This document shows positions 26,645-40,135 of a DNA stretch of 64,000 nucleotides, one piece after another (position 1 is the stretch's first letter; each line of letters starts with the position of its first letter). This stretch comes from Callorhinchus milii. Taxonomy: Eukaryota. The notes beneath the pieces are model-generated. The model was given only the letters and a program-made list of their open reading frames with translations, did no database searches and had not been told where the DNA came from. The position numbers and the translations under genes are program-made. The stretch lies in NCBI RefSeq assembly GCF_018977255.1, contig NW_024704742.1, positions 5,954,001 to 6,018,000 of the forward strand, given 5' to 3'.

Positions 26645-27343
26645 TCATAATAATAAATAATAATAATCATAAACCTTGCATTTGATACCGTGCCTCATCA
26701 CGTCTTCGAGACGTCTCAAAGCGCTCCTGTAGCTCAGTGGTTAGAGCACTCGCCTCGCAAGCGAGACACCTAGGTTCAATTCCAGGCAGGGCCAAACCTT
26801 GGGTAAGTTTCCTTATTCCCACACAGAGCCTAATAATAATCCCTCCAAAAAACAAAAACAATAATAAATTGGTCATTTTCAATCCACGACTGTTTGTGGG
26901 ACACTGCTGTGCGCAATTGACTGCCGCGTTTCGCCCACAAATATACAGTCAATTCACTTTACAGTATATTCTGTGAAGCGCTTCGAGGCGTCGAGAAGAC
27001 GTGAAAAGCGCTATATCAAATGCAAGGATTATTATTATTATTATTATAAAGTGAATTGACTGTATATTTAGCGGCAAAACGGGGTAGCCATTGCGCACAG
27101 AAGTGTCCCACGAATAGTCGTGGATTGAGTGACTAATGTATTATTATTATTTTTTTGGAAGGAATTATTACCCCCGGAAAAGCGATCCGCCAATCGAATA
27201 ACAACCAGGTTCCTATTTATTGCTCGATAAACAGAGGCGTGCGGAGTAAGGAAAGTTGCCTAATGTTTCGCCCTGCCCGGGAATCGCACCCGGGTCCTCT
27301 TGCTTGCGAGGTGAGTGCTCTAACCGCTGAGCCAAAGTACTCC
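26645..27343 (-). mobile_element. SINE interrupted by a nested +strand SINE (26725-27045)
   Basis: Tail at 26645-26724 resumes at 27048 and continues to the head at ~27343. Confidence 0.85.
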
Positions 27344-28946
27344 ATGAATCAAGCCAGTGGTGGCCAACCTTTATGGTCAGTCAAAGAAATACACTTTAAT
27401 AATAATAATAATCCTTGCATTTGATATAGCGCTTTTCAGGTCGGGAGGACGTCCCAAAGCGCTTCACAGAATATACTGTAAAGTGAATTGACTTTCTTAC
27501 TTGAATACTTCTTGATTTCTGCCGCAAATCAAGAAATATTCAATCCAAAAAAACCCTGACAACACACCACCGATCGAACGCAGCTTATCAAGTCTCTTCC
27601 AAAAATATTGTTTGGAAATGAAAATGACAAGACATACCACACACGTGCACACACACACACGCGCACACACACAAACGCACGTACAACACAGAACCACAGA
27701 AGTTTACAGCATACCAGTAGGCCATTTGGCCCATTGTGTCTGTGCTGAGTCTGACTCTTTGAAAGAGCATTCGAAAGCATAGCAAGAACAGCATGCATTT
27801 CAAGATGTTCTTTGATGTGACAAGCGTTACACGAATGTAGGTTGGTGCTGAAAGACTGGTGTCAGCTATTCTTCTCCTCCACTCTTTGGAACTCTACCCT
27901 GGAGTCCCTCCAACTCGCCCTTCCGTCCCCACGTTAAGATCTACCTTTTCAAACTATCAGTGACTTTCCTCTCCCTCCTCAGTCCCCCCCTCCGCCCCCA
28001 CCTGCTTGCGTGTTCAGTCAGCTGTGTGAAGCGCTTTGAGATGGCCTCCAATGTGACCGACACTAGACAAATGTTGATTGCTTAATGTTGCTGTATTCCT
28101 TTCCCAGCTGATGACACCACCAGAGGGCAATGCGATAGGGGCAATGCGAGCAGAAGAGGAAGGTGACGGAATCGGTGCTAATCATACATTGCTTTGTTAG
28201 AGGAAGATTGTTTTGCCTCTATGACTAATAATAATGGAATTCCTTTCAAAGGTAATATAAAGAAGTGCTAGGACATGTTGGCAAATAGCACTGAAGCAAT
28301 TCAAGCAAGTGCACTGTCAGTCAATCAGTCAGTCAGTCAGTTCAACTGAATGCATCTTTTGGCAGACAAAAGATACCTTGGTGTTTCCTAACACAGAACT
28401 ACTCAGTAAAGTACGACACGATGCACATTGGTATTATTGACGCACAGTTTCGTGTGAGGTGAATGTTTGTGTTCCTCCAGGTGAGGAATGTCAGTGGGTG
28501 AGTTAGCAGAGGGTAGCTGGCACCTGTGGAACAATACACCCAGCATTAATCATAGCCTTCGTGAAAGGGTGGTGGGGGTGGGGGAATATGATTGAACAAA
28601 AAGAAGGAATAATTCCTCTTGTTTTCTTTCAATAGGATACAGACACTGTGCCACAGATTGATGGGCTGTAACTCTTCCTCCCGCATGGTAACTACAGGTA
28701 TAAAGTAATCTTTGTAGTTGATATAGCGCCTGATCACATCACCAAGACGACACAAAGCGCTTTGCAGGCCATACCGTAAAGTGCAGTGACTGTGCATTTT
28801 GTGGATGAACGAGGCATAAAATGTGCGCACAGCAATGTCCCGCCAACAGCCAGGGAGCGAGTGACCAATTTTTTTATTCGGGGGATTTTTGGCAAGGGCA
28901 CCGGGAAAAACTCCTTTCTCTTTTTTATTTGTGCCATGTAATCTTG

Positions 28947-29303
28947 TGGAGTTCTGTCGCGTATTGGTTAGAGCACTAGCCTTGCAAATGAGTGGACATG
29001 GGTTTGATTCCCGGGCAGGGCAAAACTTTAAGCAAGTTTCCTTCCTCCACACGTCTGTTTACCTAGTAGTAAGTAGAAGCCGGTTGTTGATTGTTGGCAG
29101 ATCACTTTTCCGGGGTAATAGACTCTTTTAAAAAAATGTGGTCACTAAATCCACGACTGTTTGTGGGACACTGCTGTGCGCACTTGGTTGCCGCATTTCG
29201 CCCACAAAATATACAGTCAATTCACTTTAAAGTATATCCAGAAGCACTTTGAGACCCCTCGAAGACGTGATGAGTCTTTGTCAAATTCAAGGATTATTAT
29301 TAT
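28947..29303 (+). mobile_element. tRNA-Ala SINE, long subfamily
   Basis: Diverged head, body and tail. Confidence 0.8.
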
Positions 29304-30344
29304 CTTTATTTTACCTTGGGTTTTTGTTTTCGGATTCAGATTTATGAGTTTGAGTGCATTGCAGATGAACCTGTCTTAACTGACTGTCACACAACAACAA
29401 CTTGCATTTATATAGCCCCTTCACGTGGGGTAGTGTTTGACAGTGGTGGAATCTGATCCTGAGCCAGTAGGAGAGGGAGGAGGAAGGTGACCGTAAGTAC
29501 GATACAAAAAGGTCTTTAGGCGGGATTTGAAGGTGGGGAGGGAGGGGGCAAGGCGGAGGGATTGAGGGAGTTGCATAGTTTTGGGGCGTAGTGGCTGAAA
29601 GCACGGCCACCGCTGGTGGAGCGGAGGGGATGAGGGACAAACAGGAGGCCGTGGGGTGGGTAGTAAGCAAATCGGATAGGAAGGGACGTTGGAAGATATA
29701 AAGGGATTTGAAGACGAGTGAGAGGATCCTTATATAGCATCTTTCACCCAGGAAAGTATCTCAAACCGTTTCACAGAGACGGAGTGAGAGCCCAGACTGT
29801 GCGGTAGACGGGGGAACATGGGAAGTGACTAAAGCGATAGGTTTTTGGAGAGATTTGAGAGAGTGAGAGTGTGATCTGGGGAGAGAGTTCCAGAGGGGTG
29901 GGGGCAAAGTGACAGTAAGCTTGTCCACCCACAAACACCAGCCACTGGGGAAATTAGACTCGACGTGCTATCAGTTCAGAATAGTACTTTCTCATTGCCC
30001 AGCTGTATTTATAAAAAATAATAATAATCCTTACATTTGATATAGCGCCTTATCACATCTTCGAGATGTCTCAAAGCGCTTCACAGAATATATTGTAAAG
30101 GTGATTGACTGTATATTTTGAGGGTGAAACGCAGCAGCCAATTGCGGACAGCAGCGTCCCACAAACAGTCGTGGATTGAGTGACCAAGTACTTATTATTA
30201 TTAATTAATAATTATAATTTTAGATCCCACAGAATTGTGGAAAATTCTTAAATTCCAAAGTCATTTTTGTATGAACTGTGGAAAAGCTGCTTCCAAACCA
30301 AGACCGAATCAAAGAACTTTCCACCTTCCTGGGTTCCAACAAGA

Positions 30345-31380
30345 ACAACAGCAACTTGGATTTGTATAGCGCCCTCCACGCCGGACGGCGTCTCAGAGCG
30401 CTTCACAGTAACGGATCCTGGGGCCGAGCCAGGGGGAGGGGGGGGGGAAGGTGACCAAAGGCGCGGTCGAAAAGAAAGGTCTTCAGCCGAGACATGAAAA
30501 TAGGAAGAGAGGGGGCGAGGCGAAGGGAGTGAGGAAGGGAGTTCCAGAGCCTCGGGGTTTAGTGGCTGATGGCACGGCCGCCGAGGGTGGAGCGGAGGAC
30601 TCGGGGAACAAGGAGGAGGCCAGACCCAGTGGAACGAAGGCAACGGGCGCTGTTTTGAGGAGAGAGGAGATCAGAGAGGTCGTGGGGTGCAGAGGAGTGG
30701 AGGGATTTGAAGACAAGGGTGAGAATCTTGAAGTCGATCCTCCCTGGGACAGACAGCCAGTGCAGTCTGGCGAGGACTGGGGTGATCGGGGAACGGAGTT
30801 TGGTGCGGGTGAGAACGCGGGCGGCAGAGTTTTGGATGACCTGGATTTTATGGATGGTAGTGGATCGGAGACTGGCGAGGAGTGCATTTGAATAGTCCAG
30901 CTGAGAGGTGACAAAGGCATGGACCAAGGTTTCAGCAGCTTTTGGAGTGAGGTATTGACGGAGACGGGCGATGCATGTGAACCCTGTGATTTTAGACGTT
31001 GACAAGAGCCAATGAGTATGGCCTCTGACTTGTCAATGTTCAGCTGAAGGAAATTTGCGCTCATCCAGCCCCTGAGGTCTGACAGGCAGCTGACAGAACA
31101 TCAGGGGACTGGGGGTCGCAAAGTGAGGTGGAAACAAAGGTTTGGGTGTCGTCTGCATACATGTGGAAGTGTACCCCATGTCTGCAGATGACATCCCCAA
31201 GAGAGAGCGTTAGATCAGAAAGAGGAGGGGGCCAAGGATGGATCCTTGGGATACCCGCAGGTAACCGGGTGAGAGCGGGAGGAGAAGCCGTTGGTGCAGA
31301 TGTACTGCTGGCGGTTCGTGAGGCAGGATTCGAACCAGGCGAGTGCGGTCCCACTGAGGTGGACGACGGAGGAAAGGCAG
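30345..31380 (-). mobile_element. L2 LINE, truncated and frameshifted, from the RT region to the 3' tail
   Basis: ORF pieces RHGVHFHMYADDTQ, NFLQLNIDKSEAILIG and AETLVHAFVTSQLDYSNALL...IQNSAARVLTRT...LHWL are diagnostic L2 ORF2 motifs. Confidence 0.92.
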
Positions 31381-32444
31381 TGGAGGAGGATGATGTGATC
31401 GTTCCGTTCAACACCGTGGTTTCAAAGGCTAAGGCTGGGTGGGATTTCAGGCATCGGGAAGATTTTGAGCGTTTTGCTCGAGAGTGAAGGCTTGTCTACG
31501 GTTGAATGGTCACAGAGGCATAAATTCCACGTCAAGCTCTAGTTGAGAACTTAAAAGTCGAGAAAAGCAAAGTACTTCCAGTATGTTTTCAAAGGCCAGG
31601 CTACTTGTGCCGCATGTTACACTGCATTGGCATTGAGAGATGATAATAATAATAATAATAATAATAATAATCCTTGCACGTGCCTTACCATGTCTTCGAG
31701 ATGTCTCAAAGCGCTTCACAGAACACACTGTAAAGTAAATTGACTTGTATATTTGTGGGTGAAACGCGGCAGCCAATTGCGCACAGCAGTGTCCCACAAA
31801 CAGTCGTGGATTGAAATGCCCAAATTATTATTTTTGTTTGGTATTCTACTTGGGCCCTTGTGGTTCGAGGATCATTTGGAAACTGGGCGACAGATAAAAC
31901 AACAGTTTATAAATGATTTTTTTCATAGAGTAAATTATTACACAAAAGTATTTTTTTGGCAGAAATATACATTTTCTTTGGGTTCTAAATCATCTCTGAT
32001 GTGCGAGTGTGTTGCGTTGCCAAGATAATGTTTTTTTTTGATCGCCTCTGGGAGAGAGAAAGATTAATGCACTTTGAGGATTGACAATGATAAATAATAA
32101 TAAATACAATGAAACGCCTTGCCAAAGAGACATATCTTTGCACATTTGTACAAAGTAGACATTGTTCTGTACAATACCTCCCTTTGGGTGGTGATGTGAG
32201 TGTACATCTTGCTAATTTACCTTATCCTCTTCAATACTATGGCACAGGGGAGGGGAGGCTACTAGTGGAGGAAGACCCGAAATCAACTGAGAGTCCCGGA
32301 AGGACAATAAGAACCCAGGTCCTTCTTCAGCTATGAGGTGTGAGACACTCTGGGTTTGGTGCCAGTATCTGTGCTATATCAAGCTGTGCTACTGGACATG
32401 TTGGTGAAGGTGTGTCTGACAACTCAAGCTCCCCAGGTACAGTA

Positions 32445-32771
32445 ATAATAAGAATAATCCTCTTGCATTAGTTATCGTGCTTTTCAAGTCTTCGAGACGT
32501 CTCAAAGTCGCTTCACGGAACGTACTGTAAAGTGAATTGACTGTATATTTTCTGGGGCGAAATACGGCAGCCGATTGCACACAGCAGCGTCCCCACACAC
32601 AGTCGTGGATTGAGTGACCAAATTATTATTGTTTTTTTTTCTTGAGGGATTATTATCAGGCGTGTGGAGTAAGGAAACTTGCCCGAGGTTTCGCCCTGAC
32701 CTGCCGGGAATCGAACCCAGTTCTCTCGCTTGCGAGGCGAGTGCTCTAACCACTGAGCTACAGGACTCCAC
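32445..32771 (-). mobile_element. Full-length tRNA-Ala(CGC) SINE
   Basis: Head GTGGAGTCCTGTAGCTCAGTGG...GGTTCGATTCC. Confidence 0.88.
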
Positions 32772-32869
32772 AGTAGTTGCGTTGCAGCAGAGAGTTGCCG
32801 CTCAGCTTCCTCGAGAAATAAAACAGGCGCAAAGGAAATGAAAAATTGTGGCAGCCAACTTAGTCACTT

Positions 32870-32953
32870 TATGTTGCTGCCTGACCCGCTGAGTGTTCCC
32901 AGCGACTTCTGTTTTTAATTTCAGATTTCCAGCATCTGCAGTGTTTTGCCTTT
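32870..32953 (+). mobile_element. Penelope-like terminal fragment
   Basis: GCTGCCTGACCCGCTGAGTGTTCCCAGCGACTTCTG...CAGATTTCCAGCATCTGCAG matches the arms at 21.2-21.5 kb. Confidence 0.7.
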
Positions 32954-33844
32954 CATTACTTCATGGCTATTTGCAAACTGAGCTGCCAACAATTACACAG
33001 TCACTACACTTTACAGAAATTACCAACGATATGTTTTGTTGTATCAAGTAGCAGGACGATGCTTACTATTATTATATTGTTATTTCGAGAGAACTCCATT
33101 ATTAAGCCCTGTAGGAGATTGCTGACCCGCTTATAGCATGGGTCCACTGTGGACCTGAGCTAACCGGAAGCATGGAACCACTTCTGGCACTGACTAGCCA
33201 GCTTTCCGTGCCAAAATATGGCCGGCTTCTGGGTCGTCAGGTCACCGCGGACATCATTTTCTGTGCACAGTATCTTTGCAGGAAGTGACACCTTATGTAA
33301 CAAGAGATCTAACAACCTGTGAGTCAGCCATTTTTTTAATATCTCGCTTCTAACGTGGACATTAAGTCATTGGACCCACCCCACTGCACTTTAACAAGGT
33401 TTCTGTGTTCAATTGTAATTTGTACACGAAAGTGTCAAAATCTGTCGAAATCGTGTTCGCGGAGATCTATGCCACGCTTGTCCCAGAGCCTTTCCTTCCT
33501 TTCTTTTTAGCGTGTTTTATTGGTTGCTGTGCTCCGCTAATATCTGGGAAAAGCGTTGAATTGAGATTTCCGTTATTGTGCCACATGTAGATTTTTTTTA
33601 TCATAAATTCAGCTGTCTGGCTCCCTCGGGACCGATTGATGCAGATTGACTGTCCTTTTATCTCTGGGAGCTGAGCTTGATTCCAGTCCAGACTGATGGG
33701 ATGAAATGACGAAATTCTCTGTTCCCCAGATGGTGCGCTGGTCTGCAGAGCAGTGCTGTGGTCTTTGCACGCTGAACACTCCCCGACACTGGAATCTGGG
33801 TACATCCTACACAAAACGATTCAAAACCGTTTTCCATGGGTTAC

Positions 33845-34480
33845 CGCCAACTCCCTGCTTGTCGGCCTCCCCAACTCTTCCCTCCACAAGCTGCAGATCA
33901 TCCGGAACTCTGCAGCTCGTGTCCTCTCCCGCACCAGGCTCCGTGACCCTCTCACCGCCACCCTCGTCCGGCTCCACTGGCTCCTCATCAACCAGAGGAT
34001 GATAATAATAATAATATAATAATCTTTGCATATGATACAGCGCTTTTCACGTCTTCTAGACGTCTAGGGTTCAAGATCCTCATCCTTGCCTTCAAGGCCC
34101 TCCGATGTCCTCGCTCTTTCCTACCTCTGTGACCTGCTAACCCCATAGCAACCTGTCTGCTCCCTCCGCTCAGCAGGTTCTGGCCTGCTCCACATCCTCT
34201 GCCCGATGCGCCCCGCCATCGGCGGTCGGACCTTCAGCCTCTCTTTCCCCGCTCTTGGGAACTGCTTCCCACATTCCCTTCGCCTCACTCCCTCCCTTGC
34301 CTCCTTCAAGGCATGTCTCAAGACCCTCCTCTTCAACTGCACCTTGACCCACCCTCCTACTCTCCCTGCTCTCCACCCTCCCTGATCCCAAACCCTAGTT
34401 CGGGTGCAAATCCCTGACTGTCCAGCGTCTTCGGATGTCCTCCCGACGTGAAAGGCGCTGTACAAATGTAATTCGTATTG
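33845..34480 (+). mobile_element. L2 LINE 3' end with an antisense SINE tail inserted at ~34000-34065
   Basis: ANSLLVGLP...LQIIRNSAARVLSRT...RLHWL, resuming at TTCAAGATCCTC. Confidence 0.85.
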
Positions 34481-34891
34481 TATTGCTAAATTTCAGTAAA
34501 GCTAAGGTGAACAGAAACTTTTTTTTACCGTTTCTACCTCCCTGCCTGCCCCTCATTGACCTGTGCCAATGAACCTCACCTCTCCTTGCCAATGTTCCTG
34601 TGTTTCTGTCTCAATCAACGAACCAAACGGTCATTGCCAATAGTGACTGATCACTGCCCATTGCCCTCTGTCCACAGAGGAAAGTCCAGGCTAAAAATTT
34701 GAAGCACGCACTCTACAGCAGTGAGAGGAGCTTTTATTTTCACTGTAAAATAATTCATTGCAACCGGTAAGCCTCCATAGACATCTCTCCAGCTGGTACA
34801 TTTTACAATTGGATGGATAACCAGCTAACCTTGAAACCCCAAGATATATCTCCCTTAATATTACATTATATCAGTAGCCAATGGCCTACAG

Positions 34892-34894
<3 letters not shown>

Positions 34895-34936
<42 letters not shown>
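34895..34936. repeat. (TC)n microsatellite
   Basis: Directly visible. Confidence 0.95.
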
Positions 34937-34938
<2 letters not shown>

Positions 34939-37024
34939 GCATACATGTATGTGAGTTACTCTCACGTACATGAGTCCCCCGCCATACGCAAGCTACTGAA
35001 ATAATAATAATAACCTGCCAATTATTTATCCCGCACTCCCACCTCCCACCCCCGCCATATATATGAGTTATGTACATGCATGTGAGTTACCCCCAATGTA
35101 AACATAGAACGTTACAGCCCAGAAACAGCCATTGCGCCTACGTAATCCATGCTGAGGCATATAATCCACATGGGCCTCTTGCAAATGAGTTATCTCCAGA
35201 TAAATTAGTTCCCCCTCCCACCCACCAGATGCGTGTTACACCTTCGAATGTAAATTACCCGACTCACACAAATACCCCCCATATACTTTCTCTTCCCACC
35301 CCATGCACATGGATTCCCCTCGCCCCACCCTTAACCCCTGGGATCATTCTAATATACATTGCTTAGAGGAATGACAGATATGAATTTCAAATGGTAGCAA
35401 GAAAAAGTAGCTTTAGATATTGACACATGGTTTTCGCTTAAACAGGACCCGCTGCACTAGATATTTTTCTCATCAATCTTTCTCCTTCTCCTCCTCCTGA
35501 AGGCGTTTGAGCCTTTTTCCCTACATCTGGACCTGCAGTTCTTAGTTAACTCACACATATGGATGTTTGTCAAGTATAAGCTTGAGAGTGAGTATTATGA
35601 GTATTACCATAGTATTTGACTGCTGAGGCATCACAGACAAGCCTGATCCTGTTCTCACCTGATATCTGCCCATAATTAATAAATAAAATAATCATCCTGG
35701 CATCTGATATAGCACATTATCAAATGGTGGAAATGTCTCAAAGTTTTTACTGCAAAGTGCAGTGACTGTGTATTTGCAGACGAACACAGCAGCCAATTTG
35801 CTACAGCAATTTCCTACAGCCGTGAAGTGAATTTTATCCGGGGGGTTGTTGGCCTGGACACCAGGAGAAACTCCTTTCTCTTTTCAAATAGTGTCATGGT
35901 GTCCTTAACATCCACTTGGACCTTGGTTTAAAGTCTCATTCAAAAGATGTCACCTCCGACAATGCAATTCTTTCCCAGGACAAGGCTGGATTGTCTCAAA
36001 GGATCTCAAAGTCCTAATAATAATAATAATCCTTGCATTTGATATAGCGCTTTTCACGTCGGGAGGACGTCCCAATGGGGGGGAGCGTTAACTCAGCACA
36101 GACCAAGATTCAAGTTTTAATCCTGTGTATAGCCCAGTGCTGCAACAAACAACGCCTTTACCTAGTAGGCTATTAAAGGAGCTTTCATTACATTTTAACA
36201 TGTGTGTTAGGACATAGGTCATCTTTGACCAGGACGTAATGCAACACGTCTCCAGTCTGACGTCAGCCAGTTATACGGTATCATTCCGTGTACAGGGATT
36301 GTTCATTTCTATTTTCCTTCTCTGTCGTCATATTTTTAAACGAGCTTTTCGCCGTAAATTGAATTTATCATTCCCTTTGATATCATTTTAACCGCGGCTG
36401 TGAAACGGAGGAAGTTGAACGCGACCTAATGTAAGTGGCATCGGTTGTTCCCGAGCAGTGTGAACACGGCTCTTGACACTGCTCCAAGGAGGTGCATTTA
36501 TTTAATGTGCCTGAGCTTTATCGGAATGGAAAGTGGAATGGAATAACCCTTTTAGCTATTTTAGACAGATTCCAGTGTTTCTTGTGGGTTGATTGAATTA
36601 AAGATTGAGTAGGTGTATTTTGCAGTGGCAATGAGTGCCAATATTCACTTAGGCAGGTATCCACGTGCCACAGATTTGACTTGGAGTGATTCTGCTGGCA
36701 TCCTCCTATTCATAACTTATTCAGAGCCCTGAGGTTTTCACTGTGTGTTTTTTCCCCTCTTTTATGGCTCTGCGATTCCTTACGTTATGCTGAGTACAGA
36801 TATATAGTCCAGAGAACAGGGCGCTGCTTGGAGAGACTTGATATGACTGTCAGGACCGACCTCAAACCTTGGTTGAGTGTTGTTCTGGGGCTCACAACAC
36901 AGACTCGTCAATCAGTCAAACTTTCCCAGGGAACTTTCATTTCCTTCGTTCATGCCACAACAGCTACTTGAATAAAGCTCAGTCTGACTCGATGGCTGCT
37001 CAGTTGTAGAATAGTAAGAGCAAT

Positions 37025-37388
37025 AATTATAATAATAATCCTTGCGTTTGATATAGCGCCTTATCACGTCTTAGAGACATCTCAAAACTCTTCACAGGAT
37101 ATACCATGAAGTGAATTGACTGTGTATTTTGTGGGAGAAACGAGGTGGCCAATTGCGCACAGCAAAGTCCCCACAAACAGTCGTGGATTGAGTGACCAAA
37201 TTATTATTTTTTTTGAAGGGATTGAACCCCAGAACAGCAATCCGCCAATTGAAGTGGGTTCCTACTTACTGCTAGGTAAACAGAGGCGTGTGGAGTAAAG
37301 AAATTTGCCCAAAGTTTTGCCCGGCCTGGGAATCGAACCCAGGTCCTTTTGCTTGAGAGGTGAGTGCTCTAATTACTGAGCTACAGGA
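37025..37388 (-). mobile_element. tRNA-Ala SINE, long subfamily
   Basis: Head, body and tail recognisable. Confidence 0.85.
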
Positions 37389-38849
37389 GCAATGGTAGTC
37401 AGGAGGTAACAGTGACTTGGTCTGGGTAGGTTGACAACAACTCTCGTTGTCACACGTCACTCCAGGTTATGGGACATGAAAACCATCTCACACACACAGG
37501 CACGATGACCAGAGTTGGAATAGTGGGCCACGGCAGTAGAGTAGCGAATAGAGTTCTCCAGAAACACTTAGAATCAGCGTAAAGAAAATAACGTTAGCCA
37601 TCTTTGCAAGTCACTTGTCAACAACCCTTGGAAAGAAAGTAAGACAGATGACTCCTTAGTAACTCCCAGTGCCCTTCAGCACAGGATGAAATCCAAGCAT
37701 TGTGAGTTGGGTGAAATAAGTTTGTTCCATCTTCCACAGGTTTCTTCCTCCGCTCCATCTTTTAGACCCTCAACCCCCCCCTCACCACCCCACTCTTCAC
37801 TGGGAGCTGACAAAAGTTCATCCAACTGAGGCAAGTGAGTATGAGTGGCAGGCAATCCAGGCACTGAATCTCACAGTCAGATGGTTATGAGTTTAGCTGT
37901 TTGAGCTCCTCAGCAGCTCACGAGCAGTTGTATCTCTGGTTTCGCCGCTCTGTTAAACCCCTTTACATGCCAGTGAGCTGGCGGTAGAAACGTGCAATTT
38001 GCAAGTGAAATGCTTTTCTATTTAAAAAAAGAAGAAAAGCAGAAGAGTGGCTTGGATCTGTCACATTCAACGACAGGTCAAGGGCAATTCTGCTTTCTTG
38101 ATACCAATTAGGAGACCAGTCACTGACAACTCGCTAACCCCCCCACCCCACCCCCCTTTCCACACACGCACACGCACTTATCCAATTTACAAAGTTAACT
38201 GTGGTCTCCAGATAACAAGTGTTGGAACTTTGCACGTTAAAATTTTATTAGAGAACAACAACTTAAGCTTCTTTAATCTTGGTTGGTCTCATTACAACAG
38301 AATTATGATTCTGTGTGCCAAGTTTTGGGGTATAAAACCGGAGTTATTTGAAAGTCGCGTGCTTGTTGTGTTTGACAAATGCGGAGTCCCATCACCGTGC
38401 GAACAGAACTCCACACCAAACTACTGAGAGTTCCACGTCGGTAAGATTTCTGCAGAGGTCTTCCATGGAGCATGAACTCTCTCCCCTGAAGGGTGGTCAA
38501 TGCTGAGCTAACCCCTTGACAGACATGCTCGGACAAAATATAACCAGAAAAAGAAAAACTGGGCTGGTGAAATGCTAGAAATGGAGATTTGCGATGTGAT
38601 TGCTATGAGGGCTGGAGAGGACCTTGAAACGTAAAGATCCCATGGTACTATTATTAGCAAAGAGAAGGGAGTTTCTCCTGGTGTCCTGGTATCAGCCCCT
38701 TGGGACGTCCTCCTGACACGAAAGGCGTTATACAAATAAAATCTGTCGTTGTGAAGAGAGCCTACTTGAACTGGGAACCCACTTTATGTCCCGTGAGAAC
38801 TCAGATGGCGATTTTGGATCAGGATGTTTAGCGTCAGTCTGCCTCAGTC

Positions 38850-39358
38850 GCTCGCAGTCTCGCCTCCAAGTCAGAAGGTTATGCGTTCAAGCCCCACTTT
38901 GAGACTTGGAATCAATATCGTTGACACTCCTGATTGCTGGCATCATGTTTAAGGAAGGGTGCATAACATTTTTGAAACAGGAAACCCGCAGCGTAAATAG
39001 CCAGAGTGCCTGTAATGCTGGGAGCTTCATATATGTCACACTAGTGCAATGCTGGAGGTGTGCTGCATTTCTGGAGTTGCCGTCTTTTGGATGAGATATT
39101 AAACGGGGGTTCCAGTTTGCCTGTTCAGGTGGTCGTTCAAGATCCCATGGTACTATTATTCGGAAAGAGAAGGGAGTCTCCCCTGCCATCCGAGCCGACA
39201 ATCCCCCAAATAAAATTGATCATACACTTCATGGCTGTTTTGGGGGACATTTCTGTGCGTATTGACTGCTGTATCTCCCCACAAAATACTGTATCCTACA
39301 CTTTTGCAGTATATCTTGTGAAGTATTTCAGGCGCTGTATCATATGAAAGGATTATTA
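38850..39358 (+). mobile_element. Old Deu-type (SacSINE1-like) SINE with an internal insertion
   Basis: CTCGCCTCCAAGTCAGAAGGTT...GTTCAAGCCCCAC...GGATGAGATATTAAAC...GATCCCATGG. Confidence 0.75.
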
Positions 39359-39889
39359 TTATTTTCTCGTGGGTCGTTGTGACGTGAATAAGTTACAGGC
39401 ACTCTGGCTATTTGCACTGACGGTTTCCCATTGAAACATTTTATTCACCGTTACGTACGAGACCAGCTCTAGGTCTGGACTCGTGCCGCAGTTTGACATC
39501 CGTGCCTTGTTTTTTTTCTTTAGTTGCAGCAGAAGGTTGCACTTCATTAAAAAGTAACCACCGGGTAAGATATAGGCCATTCTTCTGCGATGGTATTAAC
39601 GCCTTGGGACGTCCTCCCGACGTGAAAAGCGCTCCATAAAAGTCATTTTGTTTGTTGTTAACATAACCATCACTAGATGGCAGCACGACTCCCCCAGTAA
39701 TTGCCATTTGTGTTGAAGCTATGTACGTTTTCACGGTTTGCACTGCACAGTCTAAGCTATAATGGCCATATTTTATTTTGTTCTCATCTTATAGAGCTAT
39801 TCTGCCAAGAAGCAGTCAAATTCTCACTCTCCCGGGCAAAATTCACCCTTTATTGATCGGCCTAAGGGCCGGGACCCAGGCCACATAAT

Positions 39890-40135
39890 AATTATAATAA
39901 TAATAATCCTTGTATTTGATACAGCACCTTATTACGTCTTCGAGACGTCTCAAAGCGCTTCACAGAATACACTGTAAAGCGAATTAACTGCACGTTTTCC
40001 TACTTACTACTTGGTAAACAGAGGCGTGTGCAGTAAGGAAACTTGCCCAATGATTTGTTTCGCTCTGCCGGGAATCAAACCCAGGTCCTCTCGCTTGCGA
40101 GGCGAGTGCTCTAACCACTAAGCTACAGGACTCCA
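39890..40135 (-). mobile_element. tRNA-Ala SINE with an internal deletion
   Basis: Intact head and tail, middle missing. Confidence 0.85.

Noticed and set aside
24374..28497. Isolated exon-like segments (24374-24410 on -; 28108-28162, 28201-28251 and 28481-28497 on +)
   Set aside because: Splice-like pairs arise by chance, one implied intron is only 38 nt, and there is no protein similarity
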